The notes under the pieces: generated by a model
The model's input: only the letters and a program-made list of their open reading frames with translations
The model's database searches: none
Told to the model about the DNA's origin: nothing
Made by a program: the position numbers and the translations under genes
DNA from: an uncultured Thiotrichaceae bacterium
GTDB taxonomy: Bacteria > Pseudomonadota > Gammaproteobacteria > SZUA-229
Assembly: GCA_964485705.1 (NCBI GenBank)
Contig: CAZALW010000004.1
Coordinates: forward strand, 1-33,812
Direction of reading: 5' to 3'
DNA length: 33,812 nt
Shown: positions 1 through 11,000 of the stretch, piece by piece
Position numbering within the stretch: position 1 is the stretch's first letter
How the letters are laid out: each line of letters opens with the position of its first letter

Positions 1-52
1 GGACGGATAAACTTTCTTTTACTTTTTGTTATAGATAGAAAAGAGAAAACCC

Positions 53-1489
53 ATGGCCGACCATTTCAAACTTCTCATCCCCGGCGCAACAGTAGCAGGC
101 ACCATCAATGTGACTGCGCCTTATGATGGCGCACACATTGCCACTATCGAAACCGGTGATGCCACAGCGGTCGAAACCGCTTTAAACACTGCGCACAAAT
201 TATTTAGCAACAAACAAAACTGGCTAGCTGCCGAACAACGCATAAACATTCTGCAAAAAGCGGCTAGCATCATGCAGTCACGGTTTGATGAACTGGCAAT
301 TGAAGCCGCACGTGAAGGCGGCAAACCGCTGATTGATTCCAAAGTGGAGGTAACACGTGCTATTGATGGTTTGAAAAACTGCGCCGAAATCATTCGTAAT
401 GAACACGGTAAAGAAATCCCCATGCAAAAAAATGCAGCCTCGATGAACCGGTTAGCATTTACTACTCACGAACCGATAGGCGTTGTGGTTGCTGTCAGCG
501 CATTTAATCACCCACTTAATCTTGCCGTGCATCAGATTGGCCCGGCTGTTGCCACTGGTTGCCCGGTTATCATCAAACCTGCTGAAGATACCCCGCTCTC
601 CTGTTTTCGTTTAATAAACATTCTTTATGAAGCAGGATTACCTGAACCATGGTGCCAGGGCATTGTGACCACTGACCATGATGCAGCTACAAAACTGGTG
701 ACTGATAACCGTGTTGCCTTTTTCAGCTTTATCGGCAGTGCCAGAGTTGGCTGGATGTTACGCTCAAAACTGGCTAATGGTACGCGATGCGCACTGGAAC
801 ATGGCGGCGTTGCTCCAGTCATCGTTGCTGCCGATGCGGACATAGACGATACCGTAACCTTGCTATCCAAAGCCGGTTTTTATCACGCCGGTCAGGTTTG
901 TGTTTCCGTGCAACGGGTTTATGCAGAAAAATCTATCGCTCGACAACTGGCAGAAAAAATAGCCGCTGCCGGCAACAAAATGAAAATTGGCGACCCCACT
1001 TTAGAAAGCACAGAAATCGGCCCGCTGATACGCCACGGCGAAACAAAGCGCATCGATGAATGGGTGCAAGATGCTATTAACAAAGGAGGCAAACTCATCT
1101 CAGGCGGAAGAAAAATTTCAGATAGCTGTTATCAGGCAACCGTATTATTCAACCCACCAGAAGATGCTATCATTTCACAGAACGAAATTTTTGGCCCGGT
1201 TATCTGCATATATGAATACCAAGACATTGATGATGCCATCACCCGAGCAAACAGTTTAGATGTCGCCTTTCAGGCAGCGGTTTTTTCAAAGAACATCGAC
1301 ACCTGCATGCATGCCTTCAAACAACTTGATGCTTCAGCCGTCATGGTAAACGACCACACCGCTTTTCGAGTAGACTGGATGCCATTTGCCGGTTTAAAAC
1401 AGTCCGGTTTTGGCGTTGGCGGCATACTACACACATTCAAAGACATGCAAATAGAAAAAATGATGGTGATACGATCACCGTCACTATAA
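53..1489 (+). CDS. NAD(P)-dependent aldehyde dehydrogenase family protein
   Basis: 478 aa with ALDH motifs: AFNHP, IIKPAEDTP, FIGS, catalytic Glu (LEHGG), catalytic Cys (GQVCVS), EIFGP, PFAGLKQSG. Substrate cannot be assigned. Confidence 0.95.
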   Translation: MADHFKLLIPGATVAGTINVTAPYDGAHIATIETGDATAVETALNTAHKLFSNKQNWLAAEQRINILQKAASIMQSRFDELAIEAAREGGKPLIDSKVEVTRAIDGLKNCAEIIRNEHGKEIPMQKNAASMNRLAFTTHEPIGVVVAVSAFNHPLNLAVHQIGPAVATGCPVIIKPAEDTPLSCFRLINILYEAGLPEPWCQGIVTTDHDAATKLVTDNRVAFFSFIGSARVGWMLRSKLANGTRCALEHGGVAPVIVAADADIDDTVTLLSKAGFYHAGQVCVSVQRVYAEKSIARQLAEKIAAAGNKMKIGDPTLESTEIGPLIRHGETKRIDEWVQDAINKGGKLISGGRKISDSCYQATVLFNPPEDAIISQNEIFGPVICIYEYQDIDDAITRANSLDVAFQAAVFSKNIDTCMHAFKQLDASAVMVNDHTAFRVDWMPFAGLKQSGFGVGGILHTFKDMQIEKMMVIRSPSL

Positions 1490-1492
1490 AGC

Positions 1493-1614
1493 GTTGCATA
1501 GGTATTCGCAGTGTGTGCTTTTGAAACACGCCGTAAATATGTCCCTATAGGCTTGACGGTAGCATCCATGCTACCGACAGTTTAAAAAGCGCACACTGCG
1601 AATACTTATGCAAC
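1493..1614. repeat. Palindromic intergenic repeat (REP/ERIC/MITE-like hairpin element)
   Basis: 35-bp arms at 1493-1527 and 1580-1614 are reverse complements at 32/35 positions. Internal perfect hairpin cggtagcat-cc-atgctaccg at 1557-1576. Starts 3 bp after the ALDH stop codon. Confidence 0.75.
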
Positions 1615-1643
1615 CATTAATATAAGGAGCATATTGTTAAATA

Positions 1644-2060
1644 ATGAACATAGAGAACATAATGAGTAAAACCATTGTCACTGTTGAAATGGACGACTCA
1701 CTAAAAACAATAAAAGAGATATTTGAGCAGGTTAAATTTCACCACGTTCTCATCGTTGAATCAGGAAAACTGTTTGGTCTTATTTCAAAAACAGATCTCT
1801 ACAAATCGTTAAGCCCTCACATCGGCACCATTTCAGAAACAAACTCAGATGCTGCTCTGCTTAATGTAAAGGCGCATCAAATAATGACCAGAAGACCACT
1901 TACTTTAAAAACCAATGCTGAAGCCCATGATGCAATTAAGCTTTTTAACAACAATAATATTTCCATCATCCCGGTTATAAATGATGATGGCGAACCTGTT
2001 GGCATCATCTCGTGGCGTGACATATTAAAAACCATTGAGCCGGGAAAAGAAAAACAATGA
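1644..2060 (+). CDS. CBS-domain pair protein
   Basis: 138 aa with two CBS repeats (IENIMSK...LFGLIS; QIMTRRP...IIPVINDDGEPVGIISWRDIL). AAGGAG lies upstream. Confidence 0.92.
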   Translation: MNIENIMSKTIVTVEMDDSLKTIKEIFEQVKFHHVLIVESGKLFGLISKTDLYKSLSPHIGTISETNSDAALLNVKAHQIMTRRPLTLKTNAEAHDAIKLFNNNNISIIPVINDDGEPVGIISWRDILKTIEPGKEKQ

Positions 2061-2124
2061 CACTTTATACCCAAATATTTCAGAGTGATCTTTGCTACTG
2101 CCAGGCTTAAAAAATTACTACAAC

Positions 2125-2529
2125 TTAATGCATCTTACCAAACAGGTCATTAACTGCCTGAATCAGATCATTACGCTCAAAAGGCTTGGTAAATACCATA
2201 TCAGCACCGGCTTCTTTTGCAGCAGCAAGGTAAGCTGTTGTTGTTATTGCTTCAGGAACATACTCGTTCGGCTGCACACTGCCTCCTCCTGAAATAGCAA
2301 TAATCCTGATGCCAGGAAACTCCTGTCTAATTTCTTTTATAGTGTTAACCCCATCCTTTCCCGGCATAATAATATCGGAGATAATTAAATCCGCCGGCTC
2401 CCCACGTTGAAGCTCTACTGCCTCATTACCATTAGATGCAACCTTTACATCATGACCAACACTTTCCAATATCATTTGTAATGCATCCCGGATATCTTCC
2501 TCATCATCTATAATCAGAATACTACCCAT
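2125..2529 (-). CDS. Single-domain response regulator (REC)
   Basis: ILIIDDE, phosphoacceptor in SDIIMPGKDG, IIAISG, FTKPF. No output domain. RBS AAGGGG upstream. Confidence 0.93.
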   Translation of the reverse strand: MGSILIIDDEEDIRDALQMILESVGHDVKVASNGNEAVELQRGEPADLIISDIIMPGKDGVNTIKEIRQEFPGIRIIAISGGGSVQPNEYVPEAITTTAYLAAAKEAGADMVFTKPFERNDLIQAVNDLFGKMH

Positions 2530-2737
2530 ATTAATTTCCCCTTATCCGATGTTGTTCATGCACTATATTTTCAGCACGCTGTTTTTCAGGCCTCTGACTT
2601 CTTGATACTTTGCACTAGTGTAATAGTTATAAGCTATTTAATAACATTAAGCCGCATCTTACCCATATGCGTTAGATCTTGCCAATAATATCCTGCTCAG
2701 ATTTTCTCATCCAACGGTGCCAGCTTGCAGTCGGTTT

Positions 2738-4249
2738 TTAATCATGGTCAGAGATGAGTTCACCATCCTGCACAGTCTCCGGTATATAGACATAAAATGT
2801 GGTTCCTTTTCCTGATTCACTTTTGACAGAGATCTCCCCCTTGTGAGACATGGCAATGCCATGGACAACCGACAGACCCAAACCCGTTCCTTGACCCACC
2901 GTACGCGTGGTATAAAATGGCTCAAAAATCCGTTCAAGATGATGCTGATCTATACCATGCCCGGTATCCTGCACACTAAATCTTATATATTTTCCTGCCC
3001 GAAGATGTTGCTGATTTTGAGAATGCTGCTTGCCAATAATAAACTTGTCAAGAGAGACAGTAATAGAACCACCGCTATCTTCAAGTGCCTGGTATGCATT
3101 GCTACAGAGATTCATGACTAACTGATGTATCTGATTTCGGTCGCCCAGCACCATACATGCATCATCTACCAGCACTTTACGTAGCGCTACTGTTGATGGG
3201 ATCAACGCCCGCAATAATTCAAGTGCTTCCTCAACAATCAATTTTACATCAACCGGTTTATATTCCTGTCTATCAGTCTGGCGACTAAATGCCAGAATCT
3301 GTTGGATCAGACTTTTAGCACGTTTTGCAGATTTTAATATACGCTTAAGGTGATTTTGAATTGGACTCTGCTCAGGTAAATCATGTATCGCTTGTTCTGT
3401 GTACAAAAAAATGGGAAGCAAGATATTGTTGAATTCGTGCGCCATGCCCCCTGCCAAAACACCAACCGTTTCTAACTTTTGTGCTTGCCGAAGCTTACTT
3501 TCCACTTCTTCTCGTCTAATGCCAGCTAATTCTTTTTCAGCAATTTCCTGCCTTAACGATGCATTAATACCTACCAGCTCATGACGCATGGTTTCCAGGT
3601 CATCGGCCAATTCACTTATCTCAGTTAGTTGGCTATCAACATGCAGATTTTGATTATACTGCCCCTTTGCTATTTGCCGAGAGGCATGTTGCAAGATTCG
3701 TAATGGTCGAATTATCCACGTACTTAGCAAAACCAATACAATTATTGACACTATAAGATACGCAAGAAGCACAACCAGCATTCGTTGCTTCGCTAATTTT
3801 ACCTGTTCGATTGTTGGACGCTCATCAAACCCCATGCGCAAAATAACCTGACGGTCAGAAAGGCTGAGTGGAACCGACAAGTAATAAACATAATCATTAT
3901 GTTGTCCAAAGGCAAAATCCTCCTTATATTGATCCACCGAATCACTTTGTAATAAACTACTTTGCTGGCGAATGCCCCCTTCTATTAACTCAGAAAAAAC
4001 ACCACCACTACCGAGCAATGCGCTATCCAGTAAATGCACAGTCCGTGTTTCATTTAGCTTTGCGCCATCCAGTTCAAAAGCGTCAGCGATAAAACGACTA
4101 TATTTGCGCACATCGTTAATGAATCGTTCCTCATGACTCTGTTCAACAATGTACAGCATGCCATAAAACAGCAGTGGCAAAAGCACAGCATGGATTACCA
4201 GACCAATGAGAGCAAATCGCGCCGCAAGTGTGTTCAGTTTTGACGCCAT
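2738..4249 (-). CDS. Membrane sensor histidine kinase (2 TM, HAMP, HisKA, HATPase_c)
   Basis: Two hydrophobic segments, HAMP (IRPLRILQ...EISELA), H-box GGMAHEFNNIL, N-box MNLCSNAYQA, G1 DTGHGI, F-box FEPFYTT, G2 GTGLGLS. Confidence 0.95.
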   Translation of the reverse strand: MASKLNTLAARFALIGLVIHAVLLPLLFYGMLYIVEQSHEERFINDVRKYSRFIADAFELDGAKLNETRTVHLLDSALLGSGGVFSELIEGGIRQQSSLLQSDSVDQYKEDFAFGQHNDYVYYLSVPLSLSDRQVILRMGFDERPTIEQVKLAKQRMLVVLLAYLIVSIIVLVLLSTWIIRPLRILQHASRQIAKGQYNQNLHVDSQLTEISELADDLETMRHELVGINASLRQEIAEKELAGIRREEVESKLRQAQKLETVGVLAGGMAHEFNNILLPIFLYTEQAIHDLPEQSPIQNHLKRILKSAKRAKSLIQQILAFSRQTDRQEYKPVDVKLIVEEALELLRALIPSTVALRKVLVDDACMVLGDRNQIHQLVMNLCSNAYQALEDSGGSITVSLDKFIIGKQHSQNQQHLRAGKYIRFSVQDTGHGIDQHHLERIFEPFYTTRTVGQGTGLGLSVVHGIAMSHKGEISVKSESGKGTTFYVYIPETVQDGELISDHD

Positions 4250-4680
4250 AATACTCTGATTATCTTTAGCTCTGATGATCTAACCGCATCCTCTTTCCAC
4301 ATATAACTTACGCTATATGGCATGGTTGACAGTGCGTCCAACAAATCTTCAAACTTGTCATATTCGGCAGGTCGCGGCGTGCCCTGCCTTAAGGTTACAG
4401 ACAGAAGCCGGTTTTCATAGGATTTTTCCGACATGGCAACCACTGTTTGAAGAAAAATGCTGTTGAGGTTTGTATCTTCGGTGTTACGTAAACCTTTTAC
4501 TATTCTGCCGTCTCGCTTAACGATAAAACCCAGGTAAATTTTTCGTAGTTCAAGTGAGTTAAGATTATGTAGTGGACTTGTCGAAGCAGCGACCAAAACA
4601 ACCTGCCGACCTGCCGTCATTGCTCCCATGCATAACATCATCCCAATGCAACATAGCAGCAACACTTTCACTGCATTCAT
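4234..4680 (-). CDS. Small secreted periplasmic-binding-protein-like protein (often annotated phosphate ABC substrate-binding-like)
   Basis: Signal peptide followed by VVLVAA...LNSLELRKIYLG...VSYM...KIIRVL. Start moved to ATG 4680, which overlaps the upstream stop (ATGA). Overlaps the kinase start by 16 nt. Confidence 0.65.
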   Translation of the reverse strand: MNAVKVLLLCCIGMMLCMGAMTAGRQVVLVAASTSPLHNLNSLELRKIYLGFIVKRDGRIVKGLRNTEDTNLNSIFLQTVVAMSEKSYENRLLSVTLRQGTPRPAEYDKFEDLLDALSTMPYSVSYMWKEDAVRSSELKIIRVLWRQN

Positions 4681-5762
4681 GGCAAAACAGCACTCCACTG
4701 CAGCCAGGCCTGATTAAAATCAGCCGTCTGGGTTTTAACATTTGAAAGCTCTAATGTCAGTGCATGATTTTTGTAGAAATCAAAACGTAAACCAATCATT
4801 TCTCGTTGTATTACAGCGTTTGGGAAAAGGGCGAGGTACTCAGAATTATCAATGCCCGCTGTGTCTTCAATACGTCCAAAAACTTTCCAGTCCTGATTAA
4901 GGTCATATTCAGCCTGAAAATATGCTGCAGTAAAGGCATCTGTCTGATTTTGCACCTGCTTTTTCATTTGATTAGAAACATAAGTCAGGTTGGCTAATAC
5001 CCTCCAGTCCTGACTGCGCCAGTCAACATACGCACCAACAATGCTTTGCTTAACTCGTTGCAATCCTTGTTGTTGCGCTATGTCGTTACCGTCAACCACA
5101 ATGTCTGACCAGTTAAAAATCAGACCAAACTGATTTTCATCTAACTGATCTGGCAAATAGGCAAGTCGAATATCAACGGCAGCGTTGTGTTTGGAGCTGG
5201 AATCCAGTAAATCAAAGGGAGCGAGTTCGTGATCACCGATAACAGAGGTCGCGCCAAATGACAACACTGTTTGAAAACCATCAGCACTTTGCCGTTTATG
5301 AAACGTTTCTAACATTACCCCTGTTACATGACTTGGAACTATGCCGCCTTCATCTTCAAACTTTTCAATCAGCGGTCGTGTGATACTTGTCTGTAAATAC
5401 TGCCCGTGATGATAGGCAGAGTTCCAATAACGCCCGGGAGAATGAAATCGACCTAGCCAACCCAGGTTACCTTCATCAATTTGCCAGCCTAACTGAAACC
5501 GTTCTAGCTCTGATTCTTCAGTAGATAAAATGTATTCTGTAAGAAACCGAAAATCACTTTTTTGATAACCATATACAAGGTCAGCACCCAGAACAAAATC
5601 ATTTTCCTGTTTACCACCTTCCGAAGAAATTTGATGATAAACGGGGCCCCCACTCAAAAAAAACAATAACTCCTGCTGACCTTTGGACTTAGCTTGTAGA
5701 ACACTAAAAGGTACTATCAGTGCAATCGCTAAAGTAATCCATAAACGCGTATGAGTAATCAT
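4677..5762 (-). CDS. Outer-membrane beta-barrel / porin-like protein
   Basis: Signal peptide, alternating amphipathic strands, GRFHSPGRYWN...HHG..LQTSITRP, aromatic C-terminal strand (QAWLQWSAVLP). Start moved to ATG 5762, which follows AGAGGA. Confidence 0.75.
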   Translation of the reverse strand: MITHTRLWITLAIALIVPFSVLQAKSKGQQELLFFLSGGPVYHQISSEGGKQENDFVLGADLVYGYQKSDFRFLTEYILSTEESELERFQLGWQIDEGNLGWLGRFHSPGRYWNSAYHHGQYLQTSITRPLIEKFEDEGGIVPSHVTGVMLETFHKRQSADGFQTVLSFGATSVIGDHELAPFDLLDSSSKHNAAVDIRLAYLPDQLDENQFGLIFNWSDIVVDGNDIAQQQGLQRVKQSIVGAYVDWRSQDWRVLANLTYVSNQMKKQVQNQTDAFTAAYFQAEYDLNQDWKVFGRIEDTAGIDNSEYLALFPNAVIQREMIGLRFDFYKNHALTLELSNVKTQTADFNQAWLQWSAVLP

Positions 5763-6041
5763 ATGAAAACGGCTTCCTCTTGTTGTCTGGCACCATGCCT
5801 TCATGTAAAAAATATCGACACTATAACTATACATAGCTAATAATTTGTTTTTTATCACAATATATCTTCTAACTATATGAGATAACTAAAAAAAACTTTA
5901 TTGATTAAAGCAAAAATATTAGCTAAACCTCTAAATACACTGTCACTTTATTTTACAAAACTATACACAAGCCATAAAAAAATATTGCATTTAAACAAAA
6001 ATACATTCTAACCGGCTGATTTATAATAGGTATAAATAAAA

Positions 6042-6057
6042 TGGCATATTATTTGCT
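6042..6057 (+). promoter_or_regulatory. Candidate sigma-54 (-24/-12) promoter
   Basis: TGGCATATTATTTGCT matches TGGCAC-N5-TTGCW with exact GG-N10-GC spacing, about 130 bp upstream of the 6185 kinase ORF. AT-rich context makes a chance match possible. Confidence 0.4.
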
Positions 6058-6184
6058 GTCTTACTTATAACAATGCTCAAATTTTCATGTTTGGCACAAC
6101 ATTTGAGTTTTTTAAACAGGTTTCTACATTGCAATAGCGTACCTGTACATTATTTTCTGAAATTAATTACCTGGCTTTAAAAAT

Positions 6185-7894
6185 ATGTCATCTGCCACTT
6201 ACCGGGCTATTAAATCTACAAATAGCACACTTCCTGCATCGAAGAGCAATGCCAGCAAAACAGGGGACAGCGGGCAGCTATTTCAGTCACATGCGAATTC
6301 TGTTGCCAACAAAAACACAGAACTCAAAAAAAAGCCTCGAATTAATGACACCCTGTCAACTACCCGGGCAAAAACTTCAGCAGATGAAGATAGTTATGAT
6401 AAATCATATCCTGCTTCTCAATTTGTAGATAGCTTAATAGAAAAGCCAGGCGTTAGTGATATAAAAAACAGGCATTACTTCCTTAAATTTGCAATTCCAA
6501 CGGCACTTTCATTTTGGCTTTTCGACTCTCTTATTCATTATTACTGGTACGATGAATTAAAGTTTGAAATTATACCTTCAGATGCAAATGATTTATGGAT
6601 GAGAATTTCAATATTTTTACTGCTTATTACTTTTAGTTTATTTGCTGACTATAAATTAAAAAAATCTCTCAACAGATCCATTAAAAAGAATCAGTTAAAT
6701 AACATTTCCAGAGCAAAGAAACAATGGGAAATGGTAATTGATACATTGCCGCAACTTGTTATAGCCATGGATGACAATGCAAGAATTACTCGCGTTAACA
6801 GAACGGTAGAAACATGGGGCATAGGAAAGGTTAATAAAGTAGATGGCATATATGTCCTGGATTTTCTTAAATGCCTCAATGACAATTGTGCTGACGACTC
6901 CTGGACTTCTAACTGGCCTTCAATCTGGCAACAGATTAAAAATCAGGGCACGATAGTAAAAAAAGTAGAAAAAGAACATATTTCCAGGACTTATCAATAT
7001 ACCCTGAAAAAAGCTTATGATTATGATTTCAGTAACGATCACTGTTATGCAGTATTAATAATCGATGACATTACCGCACGCCAGGCTGTAGAAAAGTCAT
7101 TGAAATCCCATGCTACAGGGCTTGAACAACTGGTAAATAATAGAACAAAAGAGCTTAAACATGCGAACAGCCAGCTGGAGCACGAACTTCAAGCTAAAAA
7201 AGAGACAAATAAAAAATTAAAAGAATCACAGAATTGTCGCCTGGCTCTATTACGCGAAATATTCACAACACAGGAAAAAGAAAGAAAACGCATAGCCTGT
7301 GAATTACATGACTCAGTCGGTCAAAGTCTTGGTGCGACTAAATTTAAACTTGAGGAATTACTGATAAGAAAACAGGATATTTTTAACGCTGATTATGACG
7401 AATTCACTGACGTAGTAAAAAGTTTACAATTCATAATACAGGAGATTCGTCACATATCAATGGATTTAAGACCGGCCATGCTGGACGACCTTGGCATTCT
7501 CGTGACCCTGAACTGGTTCTGTAGAGAATTTGGAAACACGTATACTAACTTATCAATTAAAAAAATCATTAATGCAGACGAATCTAATATATCTGAAGAC
7601 AATAAAGTTGTTATATTCCGCATTATTCAGGAAGCGATGAACAATATCGTTAAACATGCTAATGCGACAAACATAACAATTGAGCTCAGTCATTCTGATG
7701 CGGGCTTAACAATAAGCATCAGTGATGATGGTTGTGGCTTTAAAAAACATAAATCAAATAAAGATAACGATGCACCGAAATGCCACTTTGGGCTAAGTAG
7801 CATGCGCGAGCGTGCGGAATCTACAAACGGTGATTTTTTTATTGAGACTATTCCTAACGTGGGAACTCGTATTAGTGTATTTTGGGAAAATTAA
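6185..7894 (+). CDS. NarX/UhpB-type (HisKA_3) sensor histidine kinase with 2 TM and a PAS-like domain
   Basis: H-box ERKRIACELHDSVGQSL, LRPAMLDDLG, N-box FRIIQEAMNNIVKHANA, DDGCGF, FGLSSMRERA. PAS-like segment WEMVIDTLPQLVIAMDDNARITRVN. True start uncertain because the first ~90 aa are low complexity. Confidence 0.92.
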   Translation: MSSATYRAIKSTNSTLPASKSNASKTGDSGQLFQSHANSVANKNTELKKKPRINDTLSTTRAKTSADEDSYDKSYPASQFVDSLIEKPGVSDIKNRHYFLKFAIPTALSFWLFDSLIHYYWYDELKFEIIPSDANDLWMRISIFLLLITFSLFADYKLKKSLNRSIKKNQLNNISRAKKQWEMVIDTLPQLVIAMDDNARITRVNRTVETWGIGKVNKVDGIYVLDFLKCLNDNCADDSWTSNWPSIWQQIKNQGTIVKKVEKEHISRTYQYTLKKAYDYDFSNDHCYAVLIIDDITARQAVEKSLKSHATGLEQLVNNRTKELKHANSQLEHELQAKKETNKKLKESQNCRLALLREIFTTQEKERKRIACELHDSVGQSLGATKFKLEELLIRKQDIFNADYDEFTDVVKSLQFIIQEIRHISMDLRPAMLDDLGILVTLNWFCREFGNTYTNLSIKKIINADESNISEDNKVVIFRIIQEAMNNIVKHANATNITIELSHSDAGLTISISDDGCGFKKHKSNKDNDAPKCHFGLSSMRERAESTNGDFFIETIPNVGTRISVFWEN

Positions 7895-8066
7895 ATCCAG
7901 TTTTATTTATATTTTTTTACAAATACAATATGTGTCCCGCAATCCATTATTTTATATATTAATCTGTGTAAGCAGATAACTGGTCACCCAGACTTCCCCC
8001 TCGTTACAACCAACATGCCTAAGTGTCGAGTCAAATTTTAATACCATTCAACAGCAGCATGTAATT

Positions 8067-11000
8067 TTACGGCGTAATTTGTGGTGAGATGTTTCCACTT
8101 GCAAATACGCCAGAGCGCGCACCTATCTCGATTTCATATTCACTGGTGTCAAGTTTAATCGATGAGGACTCGATTAGTGAAAGCGGCTGAAGAAGATCGA
8201 GGTTAATGGTAACACCATTATTATGGACATTAACGGCCAATGAGATATCAATACCTTCCTGTATATCAATAGTTATCGTCAGCGCCGCAATGTCCGTACC
8301 ATAACCGGGAATACTTAGATCGGTAAATTGTCCAGAACCTCCAGCAAAATCACCTGCTACATAACTCCAGGTGAACGAGCCTGTTATCTGTTCGCCTTCA
8401 TTTCCATTCACATTATCCAGCATAATCAAATTATCCAATGAATAAACCATCTGAATCATCGGTATAACGTAAGCAAGGGAAATACGGGTAAAGATTACGT
8501 TTTCACCAACAGAGTCAGACAGGGTCAACATATCGTCAACAACTGTTGCTGAAAATCCGGAAACACTTAATGAAGAGTTGTCATGGAGACCACAACCCGC
8601 GTTGGAATCTATACTTAATGTAGCAGTTAAATCATTCGTATTGGCCTGATCCCAGACGTAAGTACCGTACTCAAAGCCAGATACAGAATCTGTTGTGCAG
8701 TCTTGCGAAAGCGCAAACGTTGTATCGTCCAGTACAGTAAGAATCGTATGTGCCTCACCCGAATCCTGAATATTACCGAGCAACCAGCTACCAACAATCG
8801 GATTTAACGTAGCCAATAATCGATTATAAATGATATCAGCAAAACCAGCCTCACTCAGTGTCAACACATCACCATTAACCGCCAGTGTTTTATTACCCTG
8901 TGCAGGACCACATAATCCCTGTGTGGCTATTTGCGCACTGGCGATTATATTAGCTGTAGAACTATTCAATGATATCGTGCCATATTCCATGCCCGTACTA
9001 CCATCAAGCTCACAGCTTCCGGATGATTCATAATTAGCATTAGCAAATATGTGTATCAATGTTGGATCACCACTTGCCGAAACAACAGAGCTTACCCATG
9101 TTCCTGTCAATTCTGTCAAACCCGGTATTACCGGTGCACTAAAATTAGCCAGTATGTCGCTTAATGCATTACCATTAAAATGGTTCTCACTAAATTCAAC
9201 ATCACCGACTGCATGTTTCAGACCTTGTCGTACAAAACCGTTTTGCACAGTAAGGAAATAATTGGGGTCACCACTTAAATCATCCGAAAATTGTGTGATA
9301 AATGATGCAGGAACCTGGAAATGAATCATTTCTACACCAGAGGCCGTATTCTGAATCCAGTTAGCACCAGCAACCGCATTAGCAACAAATGCAACAGCAT
9401 TTGTATTACCCCAATCCACTTCATAATAGTTGGTCGCCCCACCGTTAACTAACTGCACCATAAGTGTTTTGCTGGTTACATTATTGGTAGCAATAGTTAC
9501 CGCACCGGGTGGTGTTGAAGAACCATCATTCGGATCAACCCAGACGGTTGCGGCAACAACATCACTCAGTAACTGTGCGTAATTTGTAGCATTAATTGCG
9601 ACATCGACAGCAACCGAATTACAATTACCGCCCAGATCACTAAATTTCGTCGTAGCATCTCTCTGACACGAACTATCCTGCGCTAATACATGAGATTCAA
9701 CCAGGGTCTCAAACCGATAATCCGTTATCAGTTTAGCGCCCAGTTGAAATGTTGCATTTGGATTAACCATCGCACCTTGCCATTGAGTATTCAGGTAGTC
9801 TCTAATTTGAAGATTATTTAGATTCAGCTGACGAGCCGTCAGTTTAAAGCTTGCGACTTCAACGCTAACATTGTTTGCGTCAAGTATTGTGAGATCCAAA
9901 CCACCATTACCATCGTCAGTTCCAATGATGTCACCCTCTGGTACCCATTGAGTGCCACTCAACAATAAATCACCATTATTCACAACGGTATCAAACACAC
10001 CCGTCAAGTGGTTAAACACTTTGTCTTCAGCTAAAAATATTGCACCTGACAGGTCATAGTTGTCTGTCCAGTAGGCATACACATTGGTTTCGGCATTTTC
10101 AATACCGGCAACACCACCTTCTGTGGCGCTCATTAAAGTAACGATATCAATCGGCGTTCCAGGAGGTGTGACAGTGATTGTTACTGTACCTACAGCTGTA
10201 GCCGCTGTATCCGTTACGGCATAGGTGAAACTGTCTGCGCCTAGAAAACCGGTATTCGGTGTGTATGTAAAGGTTCCGTTGCCATTATAGATAAGCGAAC
10301 CATTTGCAGGTGTTGTATTTGGTGTCGGTAACGATACAAATAATACGTCACCATCCACATCCGTATCATTATCCAGGACATTAAAGAAAAAAGTTGTATC
10401 TACCGTGGTTGCTACATTATCATCGCTCGCCACAGGTGGTGTGTTTGGTATATTCGCAATAATATTCATTGTTACATTTATACCTGTAACAATTGTTGCA
10501 CCATCAGTTACATCATAGGTAAATGTTTCTGAACCTGTAGTATTATTAATATCAGTAAATGTTACAGTTGAGCCATTATGAGTCACCGTACTACCCAGGC
10601 TACCCTGAGAAACATTTGATATGGTTAACGTACCATCAACATCCGTATCATTAGCAAGAACATCCAGCACTGTTGCCGTTGTTGTACCTACTGTGAAGTT
10701 ATCAGCATTGCCAACAGGTAAATCATTAATAGCGTTAACTGTAATATTTACAGTACCTGTAGAGATGCCCGCGTTTCCATCACTTAAGGTATAGGTAAAA
10801 CTGTCCGTACCATTAAAGTTAGCATCCGGTGTATAGGTGAAGGTGCCATCATTATGATTAACCACAACACCATTTGTAGCGACTGGATCACCTGGTACAA
10901 CAAACAACGTATCACCATCCACATCGGCATCATTAGCCAACACATTTTTGGTGATGACTGCAAAATCTTCATTGGTTGACTCTGCATCATCAGTCGCCAC

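Noticed and set aside
2530-2740. Frameshifted receiver domain of a hybrid kinase
   Set aside because: No REC-like sequence follows the kinase stop, and the downstream REC gene is intact with its own RBS.
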